A program made the position numbers and the translations under genes. From the NCBI GenBank assembly GCA_051294375.1, contig CM119268.1, positions 6,429,462 to 6,493,461 on the forward strand: 64,000 bases of DNA. The letters run 5' to 3'. Position 1 is the stretch's first letter. Each line of letters begins with the position of its first letter. Below, in pieces: positions 1 to 10,377 of this stretch. Source of the DNA: Paraspadella gotoi (Eukaryota; Animalia; Chaetognatha). The notes beneath the pieces are model-generated. The model was not told where the DNA came from, did not search any database, and saw only the letters and a program-made list of their open reading frames with translations.

Positions 1-269
1 AGTCTCTATCCTCTATTTCGAGAAAACAACACGAACAACTCTCTCCCTGACCCTCATAAATTCATAAATATATAAAATGTAGCTATTACTTAACATTTAC
101 TTATTAGCATCTAATCGTTTTATATAATTAGCATTTTAATAAATTAAATGTTTTGAATATTTTTAAGTTTATTATTTAAAAACTGAATTTAAAAAAATAT
201 GGAAAGACAAAGTAATCTCGTGACTTTCAAGTTTCATATAAAGTTGGAACGCCGATGGCCTTTTTTCAG

Positions 270-1585
270 GCAAATGCGATTCTTGGTTGTCCCGGAGGAG
301 GGGGAGGGGGGGAACACCATCGCAAGAAAAGACAAGAGAACATCTGGGCCTCTCAAGCTTTTACCTATCTGAAACAGACAGACGTTTGCTTAAATGTTTG
401 CAGAACAAAAAGCGAAGTGAGCGACGTAAAAAAAAAATAAAACTAATTCATTATTCAAATTCAACATTTTTTACCGAACGATATGATGTAAACTATTTGA
501 TATTTTCATTTTTAAAGGATTGGATAATGTTAGCCGACTCTCTGGCATTTGATCCGAATGACTGTCAAAGCGTTTGTGGGTTGATAAGTAAGTCAAATCG
601 AATTTTATTATTAAAATAAATTTTTTAACTATTGGTTAATTTATTGATTTTTTTTAGGTAAATTGGAGCCAAAAAGTTGACAAAAATCAAAACCGTTTTT
701 GGATGGAAGAATAACGTTTATTATGAATGTTTGTTTGTCCACAAGGAAGTTTTTCTAATAATTAAAATATTTAATTTTTGTTAATAAATATTTTTTTAAA
801 TTATAAGTTGTTTGCTTAATAGCCAAAAGATTTTAAGGAGTCAAAAGAGCAGTTCAAAAACAGATAGGATCAATAAAAAGCTTTTCTGCAATATCGTGGG
901 AAAGGTGAGCGTAAACTACATTTATATCTCATGTTCACTGGTTTTCCTTCGATGGATTCCTTTTACTAAGTCGTACATTTTCTTTCTCTGTTTTCTCACA
1001 TTACATTGAATAGAGTTAATGAAAAATAAAAATTTATAAAATAAACAATTTGAAAAATATTTAAACGTTTAATAATAAAAATTATTGAGAAGGAATTTGA
1101 CGAATTTAGATGTTTTTGAAAAAGTAATCTTAAATTTGAATTCGAGGCAAAGTAGGAATTTCGGGAATTTTAAATCTCTCATTTTTTATTTCTCTCTGTA
1201 TATATCTCTGATTCTGATAAAAAAATAAAAATAAAAAAAGCAAAGTTGTCAAAAAAAGAACAGGATTTGTCAGGCAGTGACTAACGTAACACTACATCTC
1301 GAGTACTTCTAAATCATCTATTAAATTTAATCAATGCCGCCAAGTTGATTTAGCTTTAAGCGATTTTTTTGTATTCAGGTATGTTTATCGAGTGAATGTC
1401 CAGGGTCATCGGGTCAAGGCGGCTATGGCCCCTACGGTCCCTATTCTCCCTACGGACCGGCGATGTGCGGAAGAAAAAGAAGAAATGCTTTCATGGAAGA
1501 TTGTCTCTCGGAATGCGAAGAGGAAAATCAGGCAAGAAACAATACTCTTCACGACTTGAGCTCAACCCTGACCACTGACCACTGA
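270..1585 (+). CDS. Candidate multi-exon gene for an unknown Cys-rich protein with polybasic cleavage-like sites
   Basis: Exon-like blocks: 270-416 (ttttttcag/gtgagc), 518-587 (aag/gtaagt), about 823-904 (tag/gtgagc) and 1379-1585 (ttcag to TGA). Peptides include CPGGGGGGEHHRKKR..CLNVC, DCQSVC and VCLSSECPGSSGQGGYGPYGPYSPYGPAMCGRKRRNAFMEDCLSEC. The link between 587 and 823 is unresolved. Confidence 0.5.
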
Positions 1586-2420
1586 CCACGATCCGAGGTC
1601 AAGCGGTCAACCGAACTCAATCTCTCTGAATCTTGTTTTATTCTTTTTTTTTTTTTTTGTTTCGGGGTTTGTTTTTTTTTTTTTGTGAGAGGCCAATTTG
1701 TTACAAGAACTTTTTGGAATTTCTAACGATTGGCCCATGCATAAATTAGTTGATGTTTAGTTATACTTTCCGCCGTTAATTCTCCTTGTCTGTTAATCAA
1801 AGTTTCACATTTCGATTCGAGCGACATTCCATTTTATACATTTATAATACTGACGTCTCTTTTTAGATTCCTCTTCAAAACGTGACCAAAATCGAGAATT
1901 GTGGACATTTTTGCGGAACAATCTGGTTGCCCTTCGTGCGTAAACTCGAATTGCAAGAAACCATAAACGAGGAAAAGAATTTCGGTTGACTGAGATGTAT
2001 TTTCGGTGTGAATTCACTGGAATCGCAACAAATGTTACTTAATGGGTTATTAGATTAAAGGAAAACAGAAGAAATAAAGCAATGATTACTTTGTCTTTTT
2101 AAATCGAAGCTTTGGTCGGCACAGACACAATAATAGGCATAAGATTTTTACAACAATCAATTTTAGGTTATCCAAGAACGAAATATGAGTATTGATAATT
2201 ATTTTTAAATCTATAAACTTTTTCTAAAATTAAATTAAAAAAAACAAACAAAAACATCAGTTGTAACTTTCCACGTTTAGTACCTCGCCTTTTAGATGAC
2301 TAGAAAAAATGAACCAAAAAAAAAAAAAAAGAAAATTGTCAGAAAAAAAAAAACCCAACAAAAAAACACTATTTCGCAAATAATTATTAATTAGGACCGT
2401 ACAGTCGATTATAACTATAG

Positions 2421-3417
2421 CTAAGCGACGCCATAAGTGAGGGCGTCGTCGTTCGCTTGACCGAAGTCGATCCGTTCCAGACTGTCGACGTAATCGCGCA
2501 ACCAAGATCGCGTCGGATTCGAAGATTCCGTCAGCGCCGGCGCCATCTCTGAAGATCTCAAACGCGACGGTTCCGTTTTCGAGGATTCCATCTCCGCCGA
2601 TTCCATCTCCGCCGATTCCGTCTGCGGCACAAAAACTCACGCGTCACCTTTGTTGTCCATTGTCATTGTCCATTGTCATTGTTGTCCATTTCACTGTTAA
2701 AAGTGGTCAGCGAAAGACGACCGCGCGACCAGAGGGAATAGAGGGAAGGAGCTCCGTTTTATTATTACGAGGTTCGGCAAAACAAAACAAAAAAACAATA
2801 CATACGAAAAATTCAAAACTCGAAATTCAATTGCTTTTTTTGTAAAGCGAAAGATTTGTCGGGACTCGGTAGGATCATCATCATCATCAACATGACAAAA
2901 TCATCAGTATCTTGACAAGAATCATCCTAATGACAATCGTCATTTTTCATCATCACTTGATTTATCAACCTGAAAGCTGTGAAGACGTTCAATTAGTCGC
3001 TTTTTTAGCATTTCATAATATTTTCCGTAATCAATTTCTTCGGCTGAGTAGATGTCCTCACCTAAAATACGCAATAATTAAAGTTTGTGAAAAATTTGTA
3101 AAATATTGTATATTTATAAATTTACAATAATCTCATATCAGTACCTGGCAAAACATTTCTTTTCAAGTCGAGTACTTTGGATGGGGAACAGTCAAAGCTT
3201 TTGTCGTTTGAGGTTCTAGAAAAGTCCATGGAAAGAAAATGATTAAAAGTGACAATGTCAACTTCTATTGTTCGAATTAAACAATCATTATACAATCAAT
3301 AATGTTTTTTTAGTTTAGTTGATATTTTTCGTACCTCAATTCTACTGAATTTCTTTTCACAGAGGCTTCCCAGCTTCGAGATGACAGGATCGGGTTATTT
3401 GGAGATGCAAAAGATTC
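2421..3417 (-). CDS. MYT1: MYT1-like C-terminal exons (3335-3417, 3145-3215, 2970-3061, 2421-2621)
   Basis: Phase-consistent GT-AG junctions. [17 protein letters not shown] and [17 protein letters not shown] resemble the helical C-terminus of MYT1-family proteins (recalled similarity, not aligned). Confidence 0.78.
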
Positions 3418-6400
3418 CTATATAAAGATAACACGAGTAACTTTGTAAAATTGTAAGGTGAAGTAAAATATTTTATCAATGCCCAATTTTGCACTTCTTC
3501 TCAGCTTTTGGAAATCACTCTTATTAAGTTATGAATTCATAAGTAAAAACCTATCCCTAAGCCTAATCGGGACTAAACGTCAAACCTTTCAGAACTCGCT
3601 CAAAAACGAAAAACTGAAACACTTCGATGCTTCTTACAATGGAACTATCGATAACTCACCTTCAAACTTTCCCCAATTTTCTCTCGTTCAGAAGCGACCC
3701 CTGGATGCGAGGGACGATAACTCGCTCGCGGTGAAGATCTTGGATCTGGGGAGACGAGATCAGAGCCTCTTAAAGACGCCGGTTCGGACGAGGCGAGGTC
3801 AGGGTAAGTACAAGACGTGCGTACACTAGACGATGAAGGGTAAGGAATGACGTGAGACGCGGATCGAGGAGGGTAAGTGTCGGGACTAGACATAAGACGC
3901 GAGGGGCTAGGATGAGAAACGTTGCCGCTAGAGGGCTGAAAAGGGTGCGCGTCGGAGGTAACGTCACTAGACTTGGGAATAGAATGATAAGGGTCGGAAT
4001 GTACGCCAGAAGGTCGCGAGCAGTTCGAAATAACGTCGCTCATCCGTCGAGAGGCGCTGGGATCGGGAGACTCGCGACTATAAGATCTAGACGCTACTAC
4101 AAACGCCGCCTCTTCGTTTCCGGTCGAGACGTCCGCGGCGTCGCCGTTTCGCGTCGTTAGATCAATGACGTCGTCCTCGACGTCGTCGGAAGTCACTGCG
4201 ACGACTTCGGGAACGCCCACCGACGCCCGCGACGCCGGGGCGGTCGTGGCGGCGGCGCCGACGCCGGGAAACAAATTCCGAGTGGCAGAAAAATGTCGTT
4301 GATCTTCGTAGGGGCGAAGATGCGCGAAGGGACGATCGGCCGATTCGGCGCGATCGTAAGACGATATGGGATGATTGGCCGGAACGCCGATATGATTGGC
4401 CGGAACGCCGAATTGACTCGTCGAAATGCCGAGTTGACTAGATACCGGAGTAGGTAAAACACCGGGCTGATTAGCGCCGGCGGGATGAGGCGAATGATGA
4501 CCCCGGCGTCGATTGGCGCGCGGACATCCGGATAGACTTCGGTGGGAAGTGTAGTTGCCCGTCACGTGACCTTCGCCGTTGCATCCGGGAGTCGGACATC
4601 TGGAGGGAAAGGCGCCGGGATGAGTGGCATCGTTTTCGACACGATTGAATCATTGATTCATCATTTTAATATAAAATAATAATATTTAAAAAAATTATTA
4701 TAACATCCGAACCTCAATTCGACGTGATTTTGTCGGACGGTGGCCCGATCGGCCCACGGGCAGCCGGACAAGCTCCGGTGCGAAGCGTAGTTGCCCGACA
4801 CGTGTCCGCTGCCCGAACATCCTGAAATCAAAACGATTCAAAGATTAAATATTGTCTTGATTTTAAAAAAAAATTTTCCCAAGATTGTTTTACCCGGAGT
4901 CGGACATTGAATCAATTCCTTCTGATTGGATGTTTTCGAAGACGATTTACCGTTCCTGTCAGGTGAGGGTCATTGATATTGTAAACTATTTTTAAATGAC
5001 AATGACAAACAAAAAGCGTTTGACATCCCGCGACTTACGAATCTGATAGCGAAGGAACGCTGAATTTTTCCGTAGATTCAGATTGTCCCTCTTGAGGGCC
5101 TTTAAATGAAAATCGGCAAGATTACTTGTTTTACTATATTAGACTAAATTATACAATATAATATATTATTAATATAATATTGATATGTTATTAACGTGTA
5201 AATATAATGGAGGCCTTAAACCACCAAAGCCTCTCCAAAAGTCAGGGGCAAGATATCTTAATTATAAAATGAATGGATAATTTTATATTGGTTGTACCAA
5301 TTTCATTATGCAATATGTCAATATTATATAATATCGTTGTTTTCTAATTAGATATTTGATGTATAAATTGTATATAAATTAGATGTATATATGACGTATA
5401 TATTTTATTTATCTTTATATTTTATTTATATTTATATAATTCCTATCATAACGTTTTAAAACGAAATACTCACCTTTCTTTTCGAAAGAGATCAGTGAAT
5501 TATCTCCCAAAGTTGTGAGTGGTTCCTTGTCATTCGGAGCTTATGAAAAAAAAATTCAGTTTTACATTCAAGTATCTACGTTAAACTTTTAAACTTTTAT
5601 TTACCTAAATGATTTACGGTCGGTGTCGAAGCTGAAATAAAAAACAATAAAAATATTATAAAGTCTGCATAATACTACACTATTAGTCAATTATAATCAA
5701 ATACAATAATTCGGTAAAGCAGCTCACCAGTGAAAGGGACGAACGGTAATTGAGAACTCATAGGGAGATAAGAAAGGGTGAGGAGGGACGACGATGAAGC
5801 CGCCGGCAACGCCGAGAGCGGGTAAGTTCGCTCCGGAGATGGAAAGTGTAAGTCTATCGCCGGAAACGAGGGTGACGGGCGAGGGGGCGTGGCCGTCGAC
5901 GTCTTCGTGGTCGTCTGCATCGTCGATCCCGACGACGACGACAGCTGCGGTGACCTTACGTCGCCGCTCTGCAGCGGCGACGGCAGAGACGCTGCGACGA
6001 CGGGAGACGGCGTCGAAATGAGGATCGGCAGGTGTTGTTGATGTAGCGGCGGCTGCTGTTGCTGCGATGGTTCTCGTAGCGGCATCGACGCCGCGGACGG
6101 AGAAGGCGACGGCGGTTCGACGCCGACTTTCTCGTTCTCCGATTTATCTCGGCGCCGGGCGGCGTCAATCGGCGCCTTCTCCGCCGACGATTTCACCGTG
6201 AGATCGAAGACGGCTTGAGGCGACGGCGATGGCGTCGGCGGCGGCGTGGGCGAACGCCTCCGCTCCGGCGACGTGCCTTCAAACGATCCCCCGGAAACGC
6301 GCAACGTCTGGTCAGATTGTCGGCCTGGAGAGCGTCGGGAAGCGTCAACGTCGATCGGTGGACTCGCGTCGGATCTTCTCGGCCGACACGGCGGGTAAGG

Positions 6401-7343
6401 CCGCGGCCGGAACGGCTCGTGGCAGATCGAGCGGTGAGGGAAAGGACGACGCGGGGCGAAGCCGTCGCGAGACGCGTCGAAAGGGCGATAGTGTGATCGA
6501 GAGTGTGAAGTATCGTGGATCTGTGGGTAGAAGCATTCGTGGGCAACTGAGTGGGGTGAGTCGAGAGAGCGTGAGTGGAGAGTTTCGTGTGGGCGCGAGT
6601 AGAAGAGTTCTCTCGGTGCCGGTTGATGCGGAAGTGATGGAAGAAGAGGGGCCGGTTGGAGCGGCTTGTCGAGTGGAGCGAGAGAGGTCGGGTCGAGTCC
6701 TCCGTCGAGGGTTGCGTCGGGGAGAATCTCGCGCGGAGACGAGGCTTTCGCTTCGATGATTTTTTCTTTCGAGTGACGGGGATGAGATCCTTTGTAATGG
6801 AGTTTACTCAGTTTGAAAATAGAATCACGTGGTTAAATAAATACTGTTTAACATTGTCCTTACATTGTTACATAGTTTTCTATATTGCTCGATTATGTCC
6901 TATTTCTACGTTGTCCGACATTATGTTCATTGTCCTCTTTTGTCCTATTACATTGTCCTACATTAACCTACCATTCGTCAAACTGAGATCCTTGGGTTCC
7001 ACTTGATCGTCGACTTTCATTTCGTCGTCGTCGTCGTCTTCATCCTCTACAGTTTCCGCCGTCGTCGTCGTCGTCGTCGTCGTCGTTGTGGTCGTCGTTG
7101 TGACCATCTCTCCCCTCGTGTACGTTGAAACGGAAAAGTTGCCTGAAACAACAAATTGACTTCTTTGTCCGCAAGTGTCCATCCACTAAAATTTTTATTT
7201 TTGCTATACAATATTTCATAAGTTTCATCGTTTCTTTCTTCAGTAGTAAACGTAAAAAAATTAAAACTTCCGGGGTCCTTTAAATATTTCATAATTTTCT
7301 TTTTTCAATATCTCTGTAACAGTATAAATAAATAAATAATTAA

Positions 7344-7416
<73 letters not shown>

Positions 7417-7423
7417 AAACCAA

Positions 7424-7458
<35 letters not shown>

Positions 7459-8707
7459 ACCAATCAATCAATCAATCAATAAATCAATTAATCAATCAAT
7501 CAATAAACCAATCAATCAATCAAAAGCTTTCCCTCCACCTTCCCACCTTCGAAAAAGCCACGTGGCTCGTCGACGGACGCTTCGTCCACCCGACTCGAGA
7601 GATTGAGAACTCCGTCATCGTCGTCGTCGTCGTCTTCGTCGTCGACGCCTGAATTGGACTCGCGTTGAAGGTAGGTGGCGCCGGGCGCGGTGGCGGCGCC
7701 CTCTCGACCGGCAGTGGGGTCGGGGTGGAGTCCCAACGGACCTGCGAAAGAGTCTAGATTCTAGAAGATTGACTGGATTTAATTGATTGATTGATCGGAT
7801 GAATTTGATTTTATTTTATTATATAACTACCTTTGGCTGCCAGAGGACATCCTGAAAGACTCCTGTGCGAGTTCCTGTTGCTGTTCACGTGACCTTTACC
7901 GCTGCATCCTGGAGTCGGGCATCTGACCGAAAAAGTTGCGAAAATAAAAAGGCTTTCCGCTGATTTTATTTTCTGTTTTCTAAGCGAGTAAACACTCTGT
8001 GTCGGTTGTCCGAGTACCGACAGTTGCTCTACTCGTCTCCATTACAGAGCGAGCACCATCAAGTAGATTAGCATAACTTTTAGCTCCCAGACGTAACCGC
8101 CTTAGCTTTCAGGAATCAAGACTTGCCTTCTATCTTCGCACTTTGTAGGGGTTAGATGGATGCTTCAGATGAATATATATATTTATTGGCATCAAAATGA
8201 AGTAAATTTTATTAGTTAACGAAAGTTATTGAATCTTACTTGAAAAATTTGACCAAAAAATGAACATAATTTTAGTCTTTAAAAATGAGAAATGTATCTA
8301 AAATACAGTACTTTTTGCAATCTTGAAGATGAAACCGGTTATATTTGATTTCGACAACAATAACTTTTACTTTTTCTTTTAGTTTTTAAAAAGTTGTGAG
8401 CAAATAGCCGCTAACTAAATTTTGGAAAAACAAATACATATCAAAACAATTATGAGCTCAAGATAGGAACACAATTTGTACCATAATGTTAAATTCTATA
8501 AAAAAGATTGAATAAAATGTCAAAGGCTAGCTCCAGCACATAAGCCCCGGAAGACTCACTTGAGCACTTGTTCGTAGAGCGCGACGATCTCGGGCGCCAC
8601 CTTCGCTTTGCGTGGGCATCCGGAGAGACTCCGGTGGTGGGAGTAGAGGCCGGTCACGTGACCGGTCCCGTCACATCCCGGCGCCGGGCATTTCCCGCCG
8701 TCGCGAT
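2421..8707 (-). CDS. MYT1: MYT1/MYT1L/ST18-family C2HC zinc-finger transcription factor, 15 coding exons, 5' end incomplete within this span
   Basis: Hand-spliced exons: 8560-8707, 7831-7922, 7547-7741, 6972-7142, 5728-6789, 5605-5631, 5474-5539, 5039-5099, 4894-4955, 4713-4821, 3660-4599, 3335-3417, 3145-3215, 2970-3061, 2421-2621. All introns are GT-AG with matching phases, giving one open frame of 3380 nt (about 1126 aa) ending TAG at 2421. There are four CPxPGCxGxGH...HRSLSGCP fingers in two pairs and a MYT1-like C-terminus. The symbol denotes the family, not a specific paralogue. Confidence 0.93.
3660..4599 (-). CDS. MYT1: MYT1-like exon, C2HC finger 4 plus Ser/Pro-rich region
   Basis: [28 protein letters not shown] continuing as ORF 3645..4565; ccag acceptor, gtgagt donor. 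Confidence 0.93.
4713..4955 (-). CDS. MYT1: MYT1-like exons 4894-4955 and 4713-4821, C2HC finger 3
   Basis: [46 protein letters not shown]; the finger is split by a 72-nt intron. Confidence 0.93.
5039..5099 (-). CDS. MYT1: MYT1-like small exon ([21 protein letters not shown])
   Basis: gtaagt donor; supplies the phase 1 to 2 change needed to read the next finger exon in frame. Confidence 0.8.
5474..5539 (-). CDS. MYT1: MYT1-like small exon ([22 protein letters not shown])
   Basis: T-rich taag acceptor, gtgagt donor, phase 1-1. Confidence 0.75.
5605..5631 (-). CDS. MYT1: 27-nt micro-exon (ASTPTVNHL)
   Basis: tttatttcag acceptor, gtaaat donor, frame-preserving phase 1-1. Confidence 0.6.
5728..6789 (-). 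CDS. MYT1: MYT1-like large Ser/Pro-rich exon
   Basis: 1062-nt GC-rich open frame extending ORF 5687..6304 upstream; aag acceptor, gtgagc donor, phase 1-1. Confidence 0.82.
6972..7142 (-). CDS. MYT1: MYT1-like exon, poly-Thr and acidic, with PKDLS
   Basis: In frame with ORF 6958..7182; tttcag acceptor, gtaggt donor, phase 1-1. Confidence 0.85.
7325..7522. repeat. Compound (TAAA)n/(TCAA)n microsatellite in a MYT1-like intron
   Basis: Seen directly. Confidence 0.95.
7547..7741 (-). CDS. MYT1: MYT1-like exon, acidic, with DDDGVLNLS motif
   Basis: In frame with ORF 7512..7736; cgcag acceptor, gtggga donor, phase 1-1. Confidence 0.85.
7831..7922 (-). CDS. MYT1: MYT1-like exon, C2HC finger 2
   Basis: [30 protein letters not shown]; cag acceptor, gtagtt donor, phase 2 to 1. 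Confidence 0.95.
8560..8707 (-). CDS. MYT1: MYT1-like exon, C2HC finger 1
   Basis: [49 protein letters not shown]; acceptor tttcctcag, donor gtgagt. Confidence 0.95.
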
Positions 8708-8816
8708 CTGAGGAAAGGGGAAGGGAAACTGCGATGAAGAGCGAGGAATGGCAATATGTAGGCAAAAAATATAATCCTATTTTAAAAAGGCTATTTAAGA
8801 CACAAAAAAAAAGGAT

Positions 8817-9200
8817 ATTGGTTACCATATTAATACATCCAATATAAAAGTAATCAATGTTGCTATTAATGATGTTATCAGAAAAATATTCGGATTCAAT
8901 CGATGGGAAAGCATTAGAGAGCTTCGGACTTCATTTGGTTACTGTGATATTATTACCATGTTTAACCAGCGTAAAAAGAACTTTATTTTTAAGATCTATA
9001 GTTCGAAAAATTTAGTTCTCAAAAAAATAATCGCATTCTTTAATGATTGAAATATATTAATTGATAAGTTGGACCTTTTTTGTCTGTGGTGGTGGTTTTC
9101 ACGCAATCTTTAACTTTGTTTTGTCTTTAGACTTAGCTTTGTTTTGATGCTCCTGTATGTACTGAATCAACCTTGTTGAATTCGAAATAAAACGCATAAT
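8817..9200 (+). mobile_element. 5'-truncated non-LTR retrotransposon 3' end in a MYT1-like intron
   Basis: Stop-free frame 8820-9050 in AT-rich DNA: [40 protein letters not shown]...*, resembling LINE ORF2 C-termini (recalled). A short 3' UTR follows, with AATAAA at about 9186. Confidence 0.65.
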
Positions 9201-10377
9201 TGACTTAAGGACTAAGGAGGGCACTGCATAAGTTCACCCCGCCTATACCTTCAGTCGTGACCCGACTCCATATATCGACTCCCGATTTTGGACAGGATAA
9301 CAACATAGCTGAACACTGGAATCTTTCGTCTTTTAAAATCATTTGTATATTAACTCGCTTGTACTTGGCTTACTCCTCAATTAATAGTATAGCAAAATCT
9401 TTTTTTATGAAAATATTTCGGAATTAGGACTTGGTTTTTTCTATTTACTTTTAATTCAAGTTTTTATCTATTATTTTATTTAGTTATCAATGAAATTAAT
9501 TCATTTTANNNNNNNNNNNNNNNNNNNNNNNNNNNNNNNNNNNNNNNNNNNNNNNNNNNNNNNNNNNNNNNNNNNNNNNNNNNNNNNNNNNNNNNNNNNN
9601 NNNNNNNNNNNNNNNNNNNNNNNNNNNNNNNNNNNNNNNNNNNNNNNNNNNNNNNNNNNNNNNNNNNNNNNNNNNNNNNNNNNNNNNNNNNNNNNNNNNN
9701 NNNNNNNNNNNNNNNNNNNNNNNNNNNNNNNNNNNNNNNNNNNNNNNNNNNNNNNNNNNNNNNNNNNNNNNNNNNNNNNNNNNNNNNNNNNNNNNNNNNN
9801 NNNNNNNNNNNNNNNNNNNNNNNNNNNNNNNNNNNNNNNNNNNNNNNNNNNNNNNNNNNNNNNNNNNNNNNNNNNNNNNNNNNNGGAAGAGGAAGGGAAG
9901 GAAGAGGAGGAAGGGGAAGGTATGGAATGGAGGAGAAGAGAGAGGACTGGGTGGGAACAGCGAGAAAATGTGTGGAAGGTGAAATTAAAAAGAAAATAGG
10001 CAGGGGAGGGATGAAAGCAAAAGTGAGTGGATAGGTGGAAATGTATTATATAAAGAGAGGGCAAAGGGCCAAGTCCAAAGGGCCAAGGGAAAAAGGGCAA
10101 AGGGGCAAAGAGCTCAAAGAGGTGTATTGGAGTAAAGGGAAAATGAGAGGGAAAAGGATTAGGGAGAAAAATTTTTAAAAAAATGTCTAACTCTCAGCCG
10201 GACCGGACCCTGATTAAACGGGTTCATTTTAATTTTTTTACTCTGGCTTAAAAGTTTATCCTTGACTCTGACCAAATGAACAAAGGGAGTTAAACAAAAA
10301 CGAATTTTTATAAAAGACAGAACTAGAAATTCTGGTNNNNNNNNNNNNNNNNNNNNNNNNNAAAGAGAGGAGATCAA

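Noticed and set aside
2814-2926. Possible alternative terminal MYT1-like exon ([17 protein letters not shown]...)
   Set aside because: Weak acceptor and (ATG)n simple repeat; exon 2421-2621 has a better acceptor and family-like residues
5794-6759. + strand and alternative-frame ORFs overlapping the large MYT1-like exon
   Set aside because: Shadow ORFs of GC-rich coding sequence; only one - strand frame splices in phase
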